Source: Antedon mediterranea
Taxonomy: Eukaryota > Animalia > Echinodermata
DNA length: 64,000 nt
Direction of reading: 5' to 3'
NCBI RefSeq assembly: GCF_964355755.1
Contig: NC_092677.1
Location: 21,315,175-21,379,174 of the forward strand
Of the stretch, positions 1-14,356 are shown in pieces. The notes beneath the pieces were generated by a model, which was given only the letters and a program-made list of their open reading frames with translations, was not told the DNA's origin and did not search any database. The stretch's first letter is position 1; every line of letters starts with the position of its first letter. The position numbers and the translations under genes were made by a program.

Positions 1-3000
1 AATCACATTTGGAGATGTTTTAGACCATTTTGTGCATTTCGATGAAACTTGGTTACACAAAAACATCAAAGTGCTTAAAATCACATTTTGAGCATTTCGT
101 TAAAACTTTTCACACAAAAACATCAAAGTCCACAAAATAGCTTAATATCGTATTTAAAAACGTTTTAGACCATTTTGAGCATTTCGAAAAAACTTTTCCA
201 CACAAAACATCAAAGTTTACAAAATAGCTTCAAATCGCATTTGGAGACGTTTTAGACCATTTTGTGATTTTCGAAAAAACTTGTTAACATAAAAACACCA
301 AAGTGCTCAGAATACCTTCAAATCGTGTTTTGAGACGTTTTAGACCATTTTGTAATTTTCGAAAAAACTTGTTAACATAAAAACACCAAAGTGCTCAGAA
401 TACCTTCACATCGCATTTTGAGACGTTTTAGACCATTTTGTGATTTTCGAAAAAACTTGTTAACATAAAAACACCAAAGTGCTTAGAAAAGCTTGAAATC
501 GCATTTGGAGACGTTTTAGACCATTTTGTGCATTTCGATGAAACTTGGTTACACAAAAACATCAAAGTGCTTAAAATCACATTTTGAGCATTTCGTTAAA
601 ACTTTTCACACAAAAACATCAAAGAGTAATAAATAGCTTAATATCGTATTTAAAAACGTTTTAGACCATTTTGAGCATTTCGACAAAATTTTTTCAAACA
701 AAACATCAAAGTGTACAGAATAGCTTTAAATCGCATTTGGAGACGTTTTAGACCATTTTGTTCATTTCGATGAAACAAAAACACAAAAACATCAAATTGC
801 ACAAAATGGCTTAATATGATATGGGAAAACGTTTTAGACCATTTTGAACATTTCGTTAAAAGTTTTCACACAAAAACATCAAAGTCCACAAAATAGCTTA
901 ATATCGTATTTAAAAACGTTTTAGACCATTTTGAGCATTTCGAAAAAACTTTTTCACACAAAACATCAAAGTTTACAAAATAGCTTCAAATCGCATTTGG
1001 AGACGTTTTAGACCATTTTGTGATTTTCGAAAAAACTTGTTAACATAAAAACACCAAAGTGCTCAGAATACCTTCAAATCGCATTTTGAGACGTTTTAGA
1101 CCATTTTGTGATTTTCGAAAAAACTTGTTAACATAAAAACACCAAAGTGCTCAGAATACCTTCAAATCGCATTTGGAGACGTTTTAGACCATTTTGTGAT
1201 TTTCGTAAAAACTTGTTAACATAAAAACACCAAAGTGCTTAGAAAAGTTTCAAATCGCATTTGGAGACGTTTTAGACCATTTTGTTCATTTCGATGAAAC
1301 TTGGTTACACAAAAACATCAAATTGCACAAAATGGCTTAATATGGTATGGGAAAACGTTTTAGACCATTTTGAACATTTCGAGAAAACTTTTTCACACAA
1401 AACTTCAAAGTGTACAGAATAGCTTCAAATCGCATTAGAAACCGTTTTAGACCATTTTGAGCATTTCGAAAAAACTTTTTCACACAAAACATCAAAGTTT
1501 ACAAAATAGCTTCAAATCACATTTGGAGACGTTTTAGACCATTTTGTGATTTTCAAAAAAACTTGTTAACATAAAAACACCAAAGTGCTCAGAATACCTT
1601 CAAATCGCATTTTGAGACGTTTTAGACCATTTTGTGATTTTCGGAAAAACTTGTTAACATAAAAACACAAAAGAGCTTCAAATCGCATTTGGAGACGTTT
1701 TAGACCCTTTTGTGCATTTCGATGAAACTTGGTTACACAAAAACATCAAAGTGCTTAAAATCACATTAGAAACCGTTTTAGACCATTTTGAGCATTTCGT
1801 TAAAACTTTTCACACAAAAACATCAAAGTCCACAAAATAGCTTAATATCGTATTTAAAAACGTTTTAGACCATTTTGAGCATTTCGAAAAAACTTTTCCA
1901 CACAAAACATCAAAGTTTACAAAATAGCTTTAAATCGCATTTGGAGACGTTTTAGACCATTTTGTTCATTTCGATGAAACAAAAACACAAAAACATCAAA
2001 TTGCACAAAATGGCTTAATATGATATGGGAAAACGTTTTAGACCATTTTGAACATTTCGTTAAAAGTTTTCACAAAAAAACATCAAAGTCCACAAAATAG
2101 CTTAATATCGTATTTAAAAACGTTTTAGGCCATTTTGAGCATTTCGAAAAAACTTTTTCACACAAAACATCAAAGTTTACAAAATAGCTTCAAATCGCAT
2201 TTGGAGACGTTTTAGACCATTTTGTGATTTTCAAAAAAACTTGTTAACATAAAAACACCAAAGTGCTCAGAATACCTTCAAATCGCATTTTGAGACGTTT
2301 TAGACCATTTTGTGATTTTCGAAAAAACTTGTTAACATAAAAACACCAAAGTGCTCAGAATACCTTCAAATCGTGTTTTGAGACGTTTTAGACCATTTTG
2401 TGATTTTGGAAAAACTTGTTAACATAAAAACACCAAAGTGCTCAGAATACCTTCAAATCGCATTTGGAGACGTTTTAGACCATTTTGTGATTTTCGAAAA
2501 AACTTGTTAACATAAAAACACCAAAGTGCTCAGAAAAGCTTCAAATCGCAATTGGAGACGTTTTAAACCATTTTGTTCATTTCGATGAAACTTGGTTACA
2601 CAAAAACATCAAAGTGCTTAAAATCACAGTAGAAACCGTTTTAGACCATTTTGAGCATTTCGTTAAAATTTTTCACAGAAAAACATCAAAGAGCAAAAAA
2701 TAGCTTAATATCGTATTTAAAAACGTTTTAGACCATTTTGAGCATTTCGACAAAACTTTTTCACACAAAACATCAAAGTGTACAGATAAGCTTCAAATCG
2801 CATTTGGAGACGTTTTAAACCATTTTGAGCATTTCGATAAAATTTTACACACAAAAACATCAAAGTGCACAAAATAGCTTAATATGGTATTTAAAAACGT
2901 TTTAGACCATTTTGAGCATTTCAACAAAACTTTTTCTCACAAAACATCAAAGTGTACAGAATAGCTTCAAATCGCATTTGGAGACGTTTTAGACCATTTT

Positions 3001-6000
3001 GTGCATTTCGATGAAACTTGGTTACACAAAAACATCAAAGTGCTTAAAATCACATTTTGAGCATTTCGTTAAAACTTTTCACACAAAAACATCAAAGTCC
3101 ACAAAATAGCTTAATATCTTATTTAAAAACGTTTTAGACCATTTTGAGCATTTCGAAAAAACTTTTTCACACAAAACATCAAAGTTTACAAAATAGCTTC
3201 AAATCGCATTTGGAGACGTTTTAGACCATTTTGTGATTTTCGAAAAAACTTGTTAACATAAAAACACCAAAGTGCTCAGAATACCTTCAAATCGCATTTG
3301 GAGACGTTTTAGACCATTTTGTGATTTTCGAAAAAACTTGTTAACATAAAAACACCAAAGTGCTTAGAAAAGCTTCAAATCACATTTGGAGATGTTTTAG
3401 ACCATTTTGTGCATTTCGATGAAACTTGGTTACACAAAAACATCAAAGTGCTTAAAATCACATTTTGAGCATTTCGTTAAAACTTTTCACACAAAAACAT
3501 CAAAGTCCACAAAATAGCTTAATATCGTATTTAAAAACGTTTTAGACCATTTTGAGCATTTCGAAAAAACTTTTCCACACAAAACATCAAAGTTTACAAA
3601 ATAGCTTCAAATCGCATTTGGAGACGTTTTAGACCATTTTGTGATTTTCGAAAAAACTTGTTAACATAAAAACACCAAAGTGCTCAGAATACCTTCAAAT
3701 CGTGTTTTGAGACCTTTTAGACCATTTTGTAATTTTCGAAAAAACTTGTTAACATAAAAACACCAAAGTGCTCAGAATACCTTCACATCGCATTTTGAGA
3801 CGTTTTAGACCATTTTGTGATTTTCGAAAAAACTTGTTAACATAAAAACACCAAAGTGCTTAGAAAAGCTTGAAATCGCATTTGGAGACGTTTTAGACCA
3901 TTTTGTGCATTTCGATGAAACTTGGTTACACAAAAACATCAAAGTGCTTAAAATCACATTTTGAGCATTTCGTTAAAACTTTTCACACAAAAACATCAAA
4001 GAGTAATAAATAGCTTAATATCGTATTTAAAAACGTTTTAGACCATTTTGAGCATTTCGACAAAATTTTTTCAAACAAAACATCAAAGTGTACAGAATAG
4101 CTTTAAATCGCATTTGGAGACGTTTTAGACCATTTTGTTAATTTCGATGAAACAAAAACACAAAAACATCAAATTGCACAAAATGGCTTAATATGATATG
4201 GGAAAACGTTTTAGACCATTTTGAACATTTCGTTAAAAGTTTTCACACAAAAACATCAAAGTCCACAAAATAGCTTAATATCGTATTTAAAAACGTTTTA
4301 GACCATTTTGAGCATTTCGAAAAAACTTTTCCACACAAAACATCAAAGTTTACAAAATAGCTTCAAATCGCATTTGGAGACGTTTTAGACCATTTTGTGA
4401 TTTTCGAAAAAACTTGTTAACATAAAAACACCAAAGTGCTCAGAATACCTTCAAATCGTGTTTTGAGACGTTTTAGACCATTTTGTAATTTTCGAAAAAA
4501 CTTGTTAACATAAAAACACCAAAGTGCTCAGAATACCTTCACATCGCATTTTGAGACGTTTTAGACCATTTTGTGATTTTCGAAAAAACTTGTTAACATA
4601 AAAACACCAAAGTGCTTAGAAAAGCTTGAAATCGCATTTGGAGACGTTTTAGACCATTTTGTGCATTTCGATGAAACTTGGTTACACAAAAACATCAAAG
4701 TGCTTAAAATCACATTAGAAACCGTTTTAGACCATTTTGAGCATTTCGTTAAAACTTTTCACACAAAAACATCAAAGTCCACAAAATAGCTTAATATCGT
4801 ATTTAAAAACGTTTTAGACCATTTTGAGCATTTCGAAAAAACTTTTCCACACAAAACATCAAAGTTTACAAAATAGCTTCAAATCGCATTTGGAGACGTT
4901 TTAGACCATTTTGTGATTTTCGAAAAAACTTGTTAACATAAAAACACCAAAGTGCTCAGAATACCTTCAAATCGTATTTTGAGACGTTTTAGACAATTTT
5001 GTGATTTTCGAAAAAACTTGTTAACATAAAAACACCAAAGTGCTTAGAAAAGCTTCATATCGCATTTGGAGACGTTTTAGACCATTTTGTGCATTTCGAT
5101 GAAACTTGGTTACACAAAAACATCAAAGTTCTTAAAATCACATTTTGAGCATTTCGTTAAAACTTTTCACACAAAAACATCAAAGAGCAAAAAATAGCTT
5201 AATATCGTATTTAAAAACGTTTTAGACCATTTTGAGCATTTCGACAAAACTTTTTCACACAAAACATCAAAGTGTACAAAATAGCTTCAAATCGCATTTG
5301 GAGACGTTTTAGACAATTTTGTGATTTTCAAAAAAACTTGTTAACATAAAAACACAAAAGAGCTTCAAATCGCATTTGGAGACGTTTTAGACCCTTTTGT
5401 GCATTTCGATGAAACTTGGTTACACAAAAACATCAAAGTGCTTAAAATCACATTAGAAACCGTTTTAGACCATTTTGAGCATTTCGTTAAAACTTTTCAC
5501 ACAAAAACATCAAAGTCCACAAAATAGCTTAATATCGTATTTAAAAACGTTTTAGACCATTTTGAGCATTTCGAAAAAACTTTTCCACACAAAACATCAA
5601 AGTTTACAAAATAGCTTCAAATCGCATTTGGAGACGTTTTAGACCATTTTGTGATTTTCGAAAAAACTTGTTAACATAAAAACACCAAAGTGCTCAGAAT
5701 ACCTTCAAATCGCATTTGGAGACGTTTTAGACCCTCTTGTGCATTTCGATGAAACTTGGTTACACAAAAACATCAAAGTGCTTAAAATCACATTAGAAAC
5801 CGTTTTAGACCATTTTGAGCATTTCGTTAAAATTTTTCACAGAAAAACATCAAAGAGCAAAAAATATCTTAATCTCGTATTTAAAAACGTTTTAGACCAT
5901 TTTTAGCATTTCGACAAAACTTTTTCACACAAAACATCAAAGTGTACAAAATAGCTTCAAATCGCATTTGGAGACGTTTTAACCCATTTTGAGCATTTCG

Positions 6001-9000
6001 ATAAAATTTTACACACAAAAACATCAAAGTGCACAAAATAGCTTAATATGGTATTTAAAAACGTTTTAGACCATTTTGAGCATTTCAACAAAACTTTTTC
6101 TCACAAAACATCAAAGTGTACAGAATAGCTTCAAATCGCATTTGGAGACGTTTTAGACCATTTTGTGCATTTCGATGAAACTTGGTTACACAAAAACATC
6201 AAAGTGCTTAAAATCACATTTTGAGCATTTCGTTAAAACTTTTCACACAAAAACATCAAAGTCCACAAAATAGCTTAATATCGTATTTAAAAACGTTTTA
6301 GACCATTTTGAGCATTTCGAAAAAACTTTTCCACACGAAACATCAAAGTTTACAAAATAGCTTCAAATCGCATTTGGAGACGTTTTAGACCATTTTGTGA
6401 TTTTCGAAAAAACTTGATAACATAAAAACACCAAAGTGCTCAGAATACCTTCAAATCGTGTTTTGAGACGTTTTAGACCATTTTGTAATTTTCGAAAAAA
6501 CTTGTTAACATAAAAACACCAAAGTGCTCAGAATACCTTCACATCGAATTTTGAGACGTTTTAGACCATTTTGTGATTTTCGAAAAAACTTGTTAACATA
6601 AAAACACCAAAGTGCTTAGAAAAGCTTGAAATCGCATTTGGAGACGTTTTAGACCATTTTGTGCATTTCGATGAAACTTGGTTACACAAAAACATCAAAG
6701 TGCTTAAAATCACATTTTGAGCATTTCGTTAAAACTTTTCACACAAAAACATCAAAGTCCACAAAATAGCTTAATATCTTATTTAAAAACGTTTTAGACC
6801 ATTTTGAGCATTTCGAAAAAACTTTTCCACACAAAACATCAAAGTTTACAAAATAGCTTCAAATCGCATTTGGAGACGTTTTAGACCATTTTGTGATTTT
6901 CGAAAAAACTTGTTAACATAAAAACACCAAAGTGCTCAGAATACCTTCAAATCGCATTTGGAGACGTTTTAGACCATTTTGTGATTTTCGAAAAAACTTG
7001 TTAACATAAAAACACCAAAGTGCTTAGAAAAGCTTCAAATCACATTTGGAGATGTTTTAGACCATTTTGTGCATTTCGATGAAACTTGGTTACACAAAAA
7101 CATCAAAGTGCTTAAAATCACATTTTGAGCATTTCGTTAAAACTTTTCACACAAAAACATCAAAGTCCACAAAATAGCTTAATATCGTATTTAAAAACGT
7201 TTTAGACCATTTTGAGCATTTCGAAAAAACTTTTCCACACAAAACATCAAAGTTTACAAAATAGCTTCAAATCGCATTTGGAGACGTTTTAGACCATTTT
7301 GTGATTTTCGAAAAAACTTGTTAACATAAAAACACCAAAGTGCTCAGAATACCTTCAAATCGTGTTTTGAGACGTTTTAGACCATTTTGTAATTTTCGAA
7401 AAAACTTGTTAACATAAAAACACCAAAGTGCTCAGAATACCTTCACATCGCATTTTGAGACGTTTTAGACCATTTTGTGATTTTCGAAAAAACTTGTTAA
7501 CATAAAAACACCAAAGTGCTTAGAAAAGCTTGAAATCGCATTTGGAGACGTTTTAGACCATTTTGTGCATTTCGATGAAACTTGGTTACACAAAAACATC
7601 AAAGTGCTTAAAATCACATTTTGAGCATTTCGTTAAAACTTTTCACACAAAAACATCAAAGAGTAATAAATAGCTTAATATCGTATTTAAAAACGTTTTA
7701 GACCATTTTGAGCATTTCGACAAAATTTTTTAAAACAAAACATCAAAGTGTACAGAATAGCTTTAAATCGCATTTGGAGACGTTTTAGACCATTTTGTTT
7801 ATTTCGATGAAACAAAAACACAAAAACATCAAATTGCACAAAATGGCTTAATATTATATGGGAAAACGTTTTAGACCATTTTGAACATTTCGTTAAAAGT
7901 TTTCACACAAAAACATCAAAGTCCACAAAATAGCTTAATATCGTATTTAAAAACGTTTTAGACCATTTTGAGCATTTCGAAAAAACTTTTTCACACAAAA
8001 CATCAAAGTTTACAAAATAGCTTCAAATCGCATTTGGAGACGTTTTAGACCATTTTGTGATTTTCGAAAAAACTTGTTAACATAAAAACACCAAAGTGCT
8101 CAGAATACCTTCAAATCGCATTTTGAGACGTTTTAGACCATTTTGTGATTTTCGAAAAAACTTGTTAACATAAAAACACCAAAGTGCTCAGAATACCTTC
8201 AAATCGCATTTGGAGACGTTTTAGACCATTTTGTGATTTTCGTAAAAACTTGTTAACATAAAAACACCAAAGTGCTTAGAAAAGTTTCAAATCGCATTTG
8301 GAGACGTTTTAGACCATTTTGTTCATTTCGATGAAACTTGGTTACACAAAAACATCAAATTGCACAAAATGGCTTAATATGGTATGGGAAAACGTTTTAG
8401 ACCATTTTGAACATTTCGAGAAAACTTTTTCACACAAAACTTCAAAGTGTACAGAATAGCTTCAAATCGCATTAGAAACCGTTTTAGACCATTTTGAGCA
8501 TTTCGAAAAAACTTTTTCACACAAAACATCAAAGTTTACAAAATAGCTTCAAATCACATTTGGAGACGTTTTAGACCATTTTGTGATTTTCAAAAAAACT
8601 TGTTAACATAAAAACACCAAAGTGCTCAGAATACCTTCAAATCGCATTTTGAGACGTTTTAGACCATTTTGTGATTTTCGGAAAAACTTGTTAACATAAA
8701 AACACCAAAGTGCTCAGAATACCTTCAAATCGTATTTTGAGACGTTTTAGACAATTTTGTGATTTTCGAAAAAACTTGTTAACATAAAAACACCAAAGTG
8801 CTTAGAAAAGCTTCAAATCGCATTTGGAGACGTTTTAGACCATTTTGTGCATTTCGATGAAACTTGGTTACACAAAAACATCAAAGTGTACAGAATAGCT
8901 TCAAATCGCATTAGAAACCGTTTTAGACCATTTTGAGCATTTCGAAAAAACTTTTTCACACAAAACATCAAAGTGTACAAAATAGCTTCAAATCGCATTT

Positions 9001-12000
9001 GGAGACGTTTTAGACAATTTTGTGATTTTCGAAAAAACTTGTTTACATAAAAACACCAAAGTGCTCAGAATAGCTTCCAATCGCATTTTGAGACGTTTTA
9101 GACCCTTTTGTGCATTTCGATGAAACTTGGTTACACAAAAACATAAAAGTGCTTAAAATCACAGTAGAAACCGTTTTAGACCATTTTGAGCATTTCGTTA
9201 AAATTTTTCACAGAAAAACATCAAAGAGCAAAAAATAGCTTAATATCGTATTTAAAAACGTTTTAGACCATTTTGAGCATTTCGACAAAACTTTTTCACA
9301 CAAAACATCAAAGTGTACAGATAAGCTTCAAATCGCATTTGGAGACGTTTTAAACCATTTTGAGCATTTCGATAAAATTTTACACACAAAAACATCAAAG
9401 TGCACAAAATAGCTTAATATGGTATTTAAAAACGTTTTAGACCATTTTGAGCATTTCAACAAAACTTTTTCTCACAAAACATCAAAGTGTACAGAATAGC
9501 TTCAAATCGCATTTGGAGACGTTTTAGACCATTTTGTGCATTTCGATGAAACTTGGTTACACAAAAACATCAAAGTGCTTAAATTCACATTTTGAGCATT
9601 TCGTTAAAACTTTTCACACAAAAACATCAAAGTCCACAAAATAGCTTAATATCGTATTTAAAAACGTTTTAGACCATTTTGAGAATTTCGAAAAAACTTT
9701 TTCACACAAAACATCAAAGTTTACAAAATAGCTTCAAATCGCATTTGGAGACGTTTTAGACCATTTTGTGATTTTCGAAAAAACTTGTTAACATAAAAAC
9801 ACCAAAGTGCTCAGAATACCTTCAAATCGCATTTGGAGACGTTTTAGACCATTTTGTGATTTTCGAAAAAACTTGTTAACATAAAAACACCAAAGTGCTT
9901 AGAAAAGTTTCAAATCGCATTTGGAGACGTTTTAGACCATTTTTTGCATTTCGATGAAACTTGGTTACACAAAAACATCAAAGTGCTTAAAATCACATTT
10001 TGAGCATTTCGTTAAAACTTTTCACACAAAAACATCAAAGTCCACAAAATAGCTTAATATCGTATTTAAAAACGTTTTAGACCATTTTGAGCATTTCGAA
10101 AAAACTTTTCCACACAAAACATCAAAGTTTACAAAATAGCTTCAAATCGCATTTGGAGACGTTTTAGACCATTTTGTGATTTTCGAAAAAACTTGTTAAC
10201 ATAAAAACACCAAAGTGCTCAGAATACCTTCAAATCGTGTTTTGAGACGTTTTAGACCATTTTGTAATTTTCGAAAAAACTTGTTAACATAAAAACACCA
10301 AAGTGCTCAGAATACCTTCACATCGCATTTTGAGACGTTTTAGACCATTTTGTGATTTTCGAAAAAACTTGTTAACATAAAAACACCAAAGTGCTTAGAA
10401 AAGCTTGAAATCGCATTTGGAGACGTTTTAGACCATTTTGTGCATTTCGATGAAACTTGGTTACACAAAAACATCAAAGTGCTTAAAATCACATTAGAAA
10501 CCGTTTTAGACCATTTTGAGCATTTCGTTAAAACTTTTCACACAAAAACATCAAAGTCCACAAAATAGCTTAATATCGTATTTAAAAACGTTTTAGACCA
10601 TTTTGAGCATTTCGAAAAAACTTTTCCACACAAAACATCAAAGTTTACAAAATAGCTTCAAATCGCATTTGGAGACGTTTTAGACCATTTTGTGATTTTC
10701 GAAAAAACTTGTTAACATAAAAACACCAAAGTGCTCAGAATACCTTCAAATCGTATTTTGAGACGTTTTAGACAATTTTGTGATTTTCGAAAAAACTTGT
10801 TAACATAAAAACACCAAAGTGCTTAGAAAAGCTTCATATCGCATTTGGAGACGTTTTAGACCATTTTGTGCATTTCGATGAAACTTGGTTACACAAAAAC
10901 ATCAAAGTGCTTAAAATCACATTTTGAGCATTTCGTTAAAACTTTTCACACAAAAACATCAAAGAGCAAAAAATAGCTTAATATCGTATTTAAAAACGTT
11001 TTAGACCATTTTGAGCATTTCGACAAAACTTTTTCACACAAAACATCAAAGTGTACAAAATAGCTTCAAATCGCATTTGGAGACGTTTTAGACAATTTTG
11101 TGATTTTCGAAAAAACTTGTTTACATAAAAACACCAAAGTGCTAAGAATAGCTTCCAATCGCATTTGGAGACGTTTTAGACCCTTTTGTGCATTTCGATG
11201 AAACTTGGTTACACAAAAACATCAAAGTGCTTAAAATCACATTAGAAACCGTTTTAGAACATTTTGAGCATTTCGTTAAAATTTTTCACAGAAAAACATC
11301 AAAGAGCAAAAAATAGCTTAATATCGTATTTAAAAACGTTTTAGACCATTTTGAGCATTTCGACAAAACTTTTTCACACAAAACAACAAAGTGTACAGAA
11401 TAGCTTCAAATCGCATTTGGAGACGTTTTAACCCATTTTGAGCATTTCGATAAAATTTTACACACAAAAACATCAAAGTGCACAAAATAGCTTAATATGG
11501 TATTTAAAAACGTTTTAGACCATTTTGAGCATTTCAACAAAACTTTTTCTCACAAAACATCAAAGTGTACAGAATAGCTTCAAATCGCATTTGGAGACGT
11601 TCTAGACCATTTTGTGCATTTCGATGAAACTTGGTTACACAAAAACATCAAAGTGCTTAAAATCACATTTTGAGCATTTCGTTAAAACTTTTCACACAAA
11701 AACATCAAAGTCCACAAAATAGCTTAATATCGTATTTAAAAACGTTTTAGACCATTTTGAGCATTTCGAAAAAACTTTTCCACACAAAACATCAAAGTTT
11801 ACAAAATAGCTTCAAATCGCATTTGGAGACGTTTTAGACCATTTTGTGATTTTCGAAAAAACTTGTTAACATAAAAACACCAAAGTGCTCAGAATACCTT
11901 CAAATCGCATTTGGAGACGTTTTAGACCCTTTTGTGCATTTCGATGAAACTTGGTTACACAAAAACATCAAAGTGCTTAAAATCACATTAGAAACCGTTT

Positions 12001-12886
12001 TAGACCATTTTGAGCATTTCGTTAAAATTTTTCACAGAAAAACATCAAAGAGCAAAAAATAGCTTAATATCGTATTTAAAAACGTTTTAGACCATTTTGA
12101 GCATTTCGACAAAACTTTTTCACACAAAATATCAAAGTGTACAGAATAGCTTCAAATCGCATTTGGAGACGTTTTAACCCATTTTGAGCATTTCGAAAAA
12201 ACTTTTCCACACAAAAACATCAAAGTTTACAAAATAGCTTCAAATCGCATTTGGAGACGTTTTAGACCATTTTGTGATTTTCGAAAAAACTTGTTAACAT
12301 AAAAATACCAAAGTGCTCAGAATACCTTCAAATCGCATTTGGAGACGTTTTAGACCATTTTGTAGTTTTCGAAAAAACTTGTTAACATAAAAACACAAAA
12401 GAGCTTCAAATCGCATTTGGAGACGTTTTAGACCCTTTTGTGCATTTCGATGAAACTTGGTTACACAAAAACATCAAAGTGCTTAAAATCACATTAGAAA
12501 CCGTTTTAGACCATTTTGAGCATTTCGTTAAAACTTTTCACACAAAAACATCAAAGAGCAAAAAATAGCTTAATATCGTATTTAAAAACGTTTTAGACCA
12601 TTTTGAGCATTTCGACAAAACTTTTTCACACAAAACATCAAAGTGTACAAAATAGCTTCAAATCGCATTTGGAGACGTTTTAGACAATTTTGTGATTTTC
12701 GAAAAAACTTGTTTACATAAAAACACCAAAGTGCTAAGAATAGCTTCCAATCGCATTTGGAGACGTTTTAGACCCTTTTGTGCATTTCGATGAAACTTGG
12801 TTACACAAAAACATCAAAGTGCTTAAAATCACATTAGAAACCGTTTTAGAACATTTTGAGCATTTCGTTAAAATTTTTCACAGAAA
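1..12886. repeat. Satellite DNA array, 87-88 bp monomer, left of the insertion (runs off the window edge)
   Basis: The core CGTTTTAGACCATTTT recurs at 161, 248, 336, 424, 512 (spacings 87, 88, 88, 88). There is a 78 bp variant (1696 to 1774) and a 145 bp fused dimer (512 to 657). All monomers are in one orientation. Confidence 0.98.
12884..12886. repeat. Left target-site duplication (AAA)
   Basis: The empty monomer has G-A5-CATC (e.g. 11291-11300). The filled site has G-A3, then the element, then A5-CATC, so 3 extra A. Confidence 0.9.
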
Positions 12887-13630
12887 TAGTCCAGTCAATC
12901 TATGACAAAAAAGGGCGTAACCCAAAACAAATTGCAATAGTTTCCAAACCTTTTTTATTTGATTCTATAAGCATCTGGGAAGATAATTTCCAAAATCTAC
13001 CAAAATCGGTTCAGTGGAACATACTTTTTAAGGGGTTTTAAGGTCATAGGGGTCAAATTACACATTTTTCTATTTTGAAAACTACAAGGCGTAGCATGTT
13101 GATTTTGGTGTCAAACTATTCAGAAGACCCATATTTATATGTACTCTAATGAAACCTTTTCACCAAAAATTACAGGAAAGCATATTTTTGACCTTTGAAC
13201 TATTTTATTGTATATTTTCGTATATTCGTATCCTAGTAACCAGTGGGCGTAGATGAGCGTTATTTGCGTCAAACTACTCAGAAGGTCAATGTTTATATTA
13301 GTTCTAATGGAAAAGATTCGTGTAAAATGACCGGAAGTCATTATTTTGACATTTGACACATATTCATTATTTTAGATTTCTCAGTAAATACATTTTTTAT
13401 ATCTCAGTAACCACTAAGCACAACTTCGTCAATTTTGTGTCAAAAGATTCAGAAGACTCATATTTATATTCACTATAATGAAAAAGTTTTTTTTTAAATG
13501 GATAGAAACTATGTTTTTGACCTTTGACCTATTATACCAGTATATTTGTTTATATTTACTCAGACTAATGAAAACAAATGCAAATTTACAATATAACCGA
13601 AAATCATTATTTTGACCGTTAACATTTTCT
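12887..13630 (+). repeat. Left terminal inverted repeat arm (~740 bp, imperfect) with ~150-170 bp subterminal tandem units
   Basis: Matches the reverse complement of the right end, e.g. CCCAAAACAAATTGCAATAGTTTCC and TTTCCAAAATCTACCAAAATCGGTTCAGTGGAACATACTTTTT. The unit motif GTCAAA..TCAGAAG..TTTATAT..TAATG occurs at ~13108, ~13267, ~13438, with a partly deleted fourth unit at ~13548-13620. Inner boundary approximate. Confidence 0.85.
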
Positions 13631-13692
13631 AGTCGTGTCATGAATAAACCTCGAGTCTCGAGTATAACATTTTAAATTTGACCAAATAATAA

Positions 13693-14272
13693 GTGCGGCG
13701 ATCTGACAGACGTTGGGCTGGAATATCAACTGATCTTGCCATAGAACAGTGTCTTATGCGTAGCATAAAAACAAGAGGAGGTCTAACAAGAGGGCGAGGA
13801 TTAACAGAAATTCAACGACTTGTCTGGGTGGGTCCTTTCAACTCCAGTCTGCGCCAAGATCAATCATTCAATGCAAGAGTTCAGTAACGTTTCGTATACT
13901 ACCAGTGAACAACATAAAGAAACAACATATGCCAGAAAGATGAAGGACCTCAGTGATGTACAAGACATATCAAGGTATCTGACACAGCAAAATCCATTCA
14001 ATACAGACAGTACAAAATCACTGAGAAACATTGCAACTGGAGTGACGGCACATATCAATGTAGACTGTGACAATGCCAAGCATGTAGGTCAACAAATTGT
14101 GCAATCAAAAGACAAACCAAAAGGTCGCCGACTACACATTTCGGAAAAAGAGCCAATCCATTACAATGAACTCTAAAAGCGCATTGAAGATAAAAGATGA
14201 TGTGGTCAATGTAGATCCTTTACTTCTATTTGAACGACTTGTAACTGCCGGCACAAGATGCCATAATGTATC
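13693..14272 (+). pseudogene. Transposon gene remnant, upstream part (5'-truncated, two frameshifts)
   Basis: Three overlapping ORFs join into one peptide: VRRSDRRWAGISTDLAIEQCLMRSIKTRGGLTRGRG..WV / LSTPVCAKIN..QNPF..LRNIATG..IVQS / KTNQKVADYTFRKK..VDPLLLFERLVTAG..HNV. The shifts are explained by a 4 bp TGGG duplication (~13825-13832) and an extra A (~14108). No upstream coding sequence lies between this segment and the left arm. Confidence 0.8.
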
Positions 14273-14292
14273 TTACTCTTACTTACTTACTT
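14273..14292 (-). repeat. (TAAG)n microsatellite 3' tail of the LINE
   Basis: The plus strand reads TTACTCTTACTTACTTACTT. Short tandem-repeat tails are typical of CR1/L2-group LINEs. Confidence 0.85.
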
Positions 14293-14356
14293 GAATCTTC
14301 GGGCTCTTGATTAAGGCAAATGCCTTTTAAACGCCCTCCATTTCTTCTGTATTTAT

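Noticed and set aside
241-330. CENP-B box in the monomer (TTCG present)
   Set aside because: The downstream CGGG of the canonical motif is absent.
12856-13641. Short ORFs in the left arm and their counterparts at 17298-17690 (e.g. MSNVKIMTSGH / MSKVKMMSSGH)
   Set aside because: Their mutual similarity only reflects the inverted repeat; one spans the satellite junction and none has a recognisable motif.
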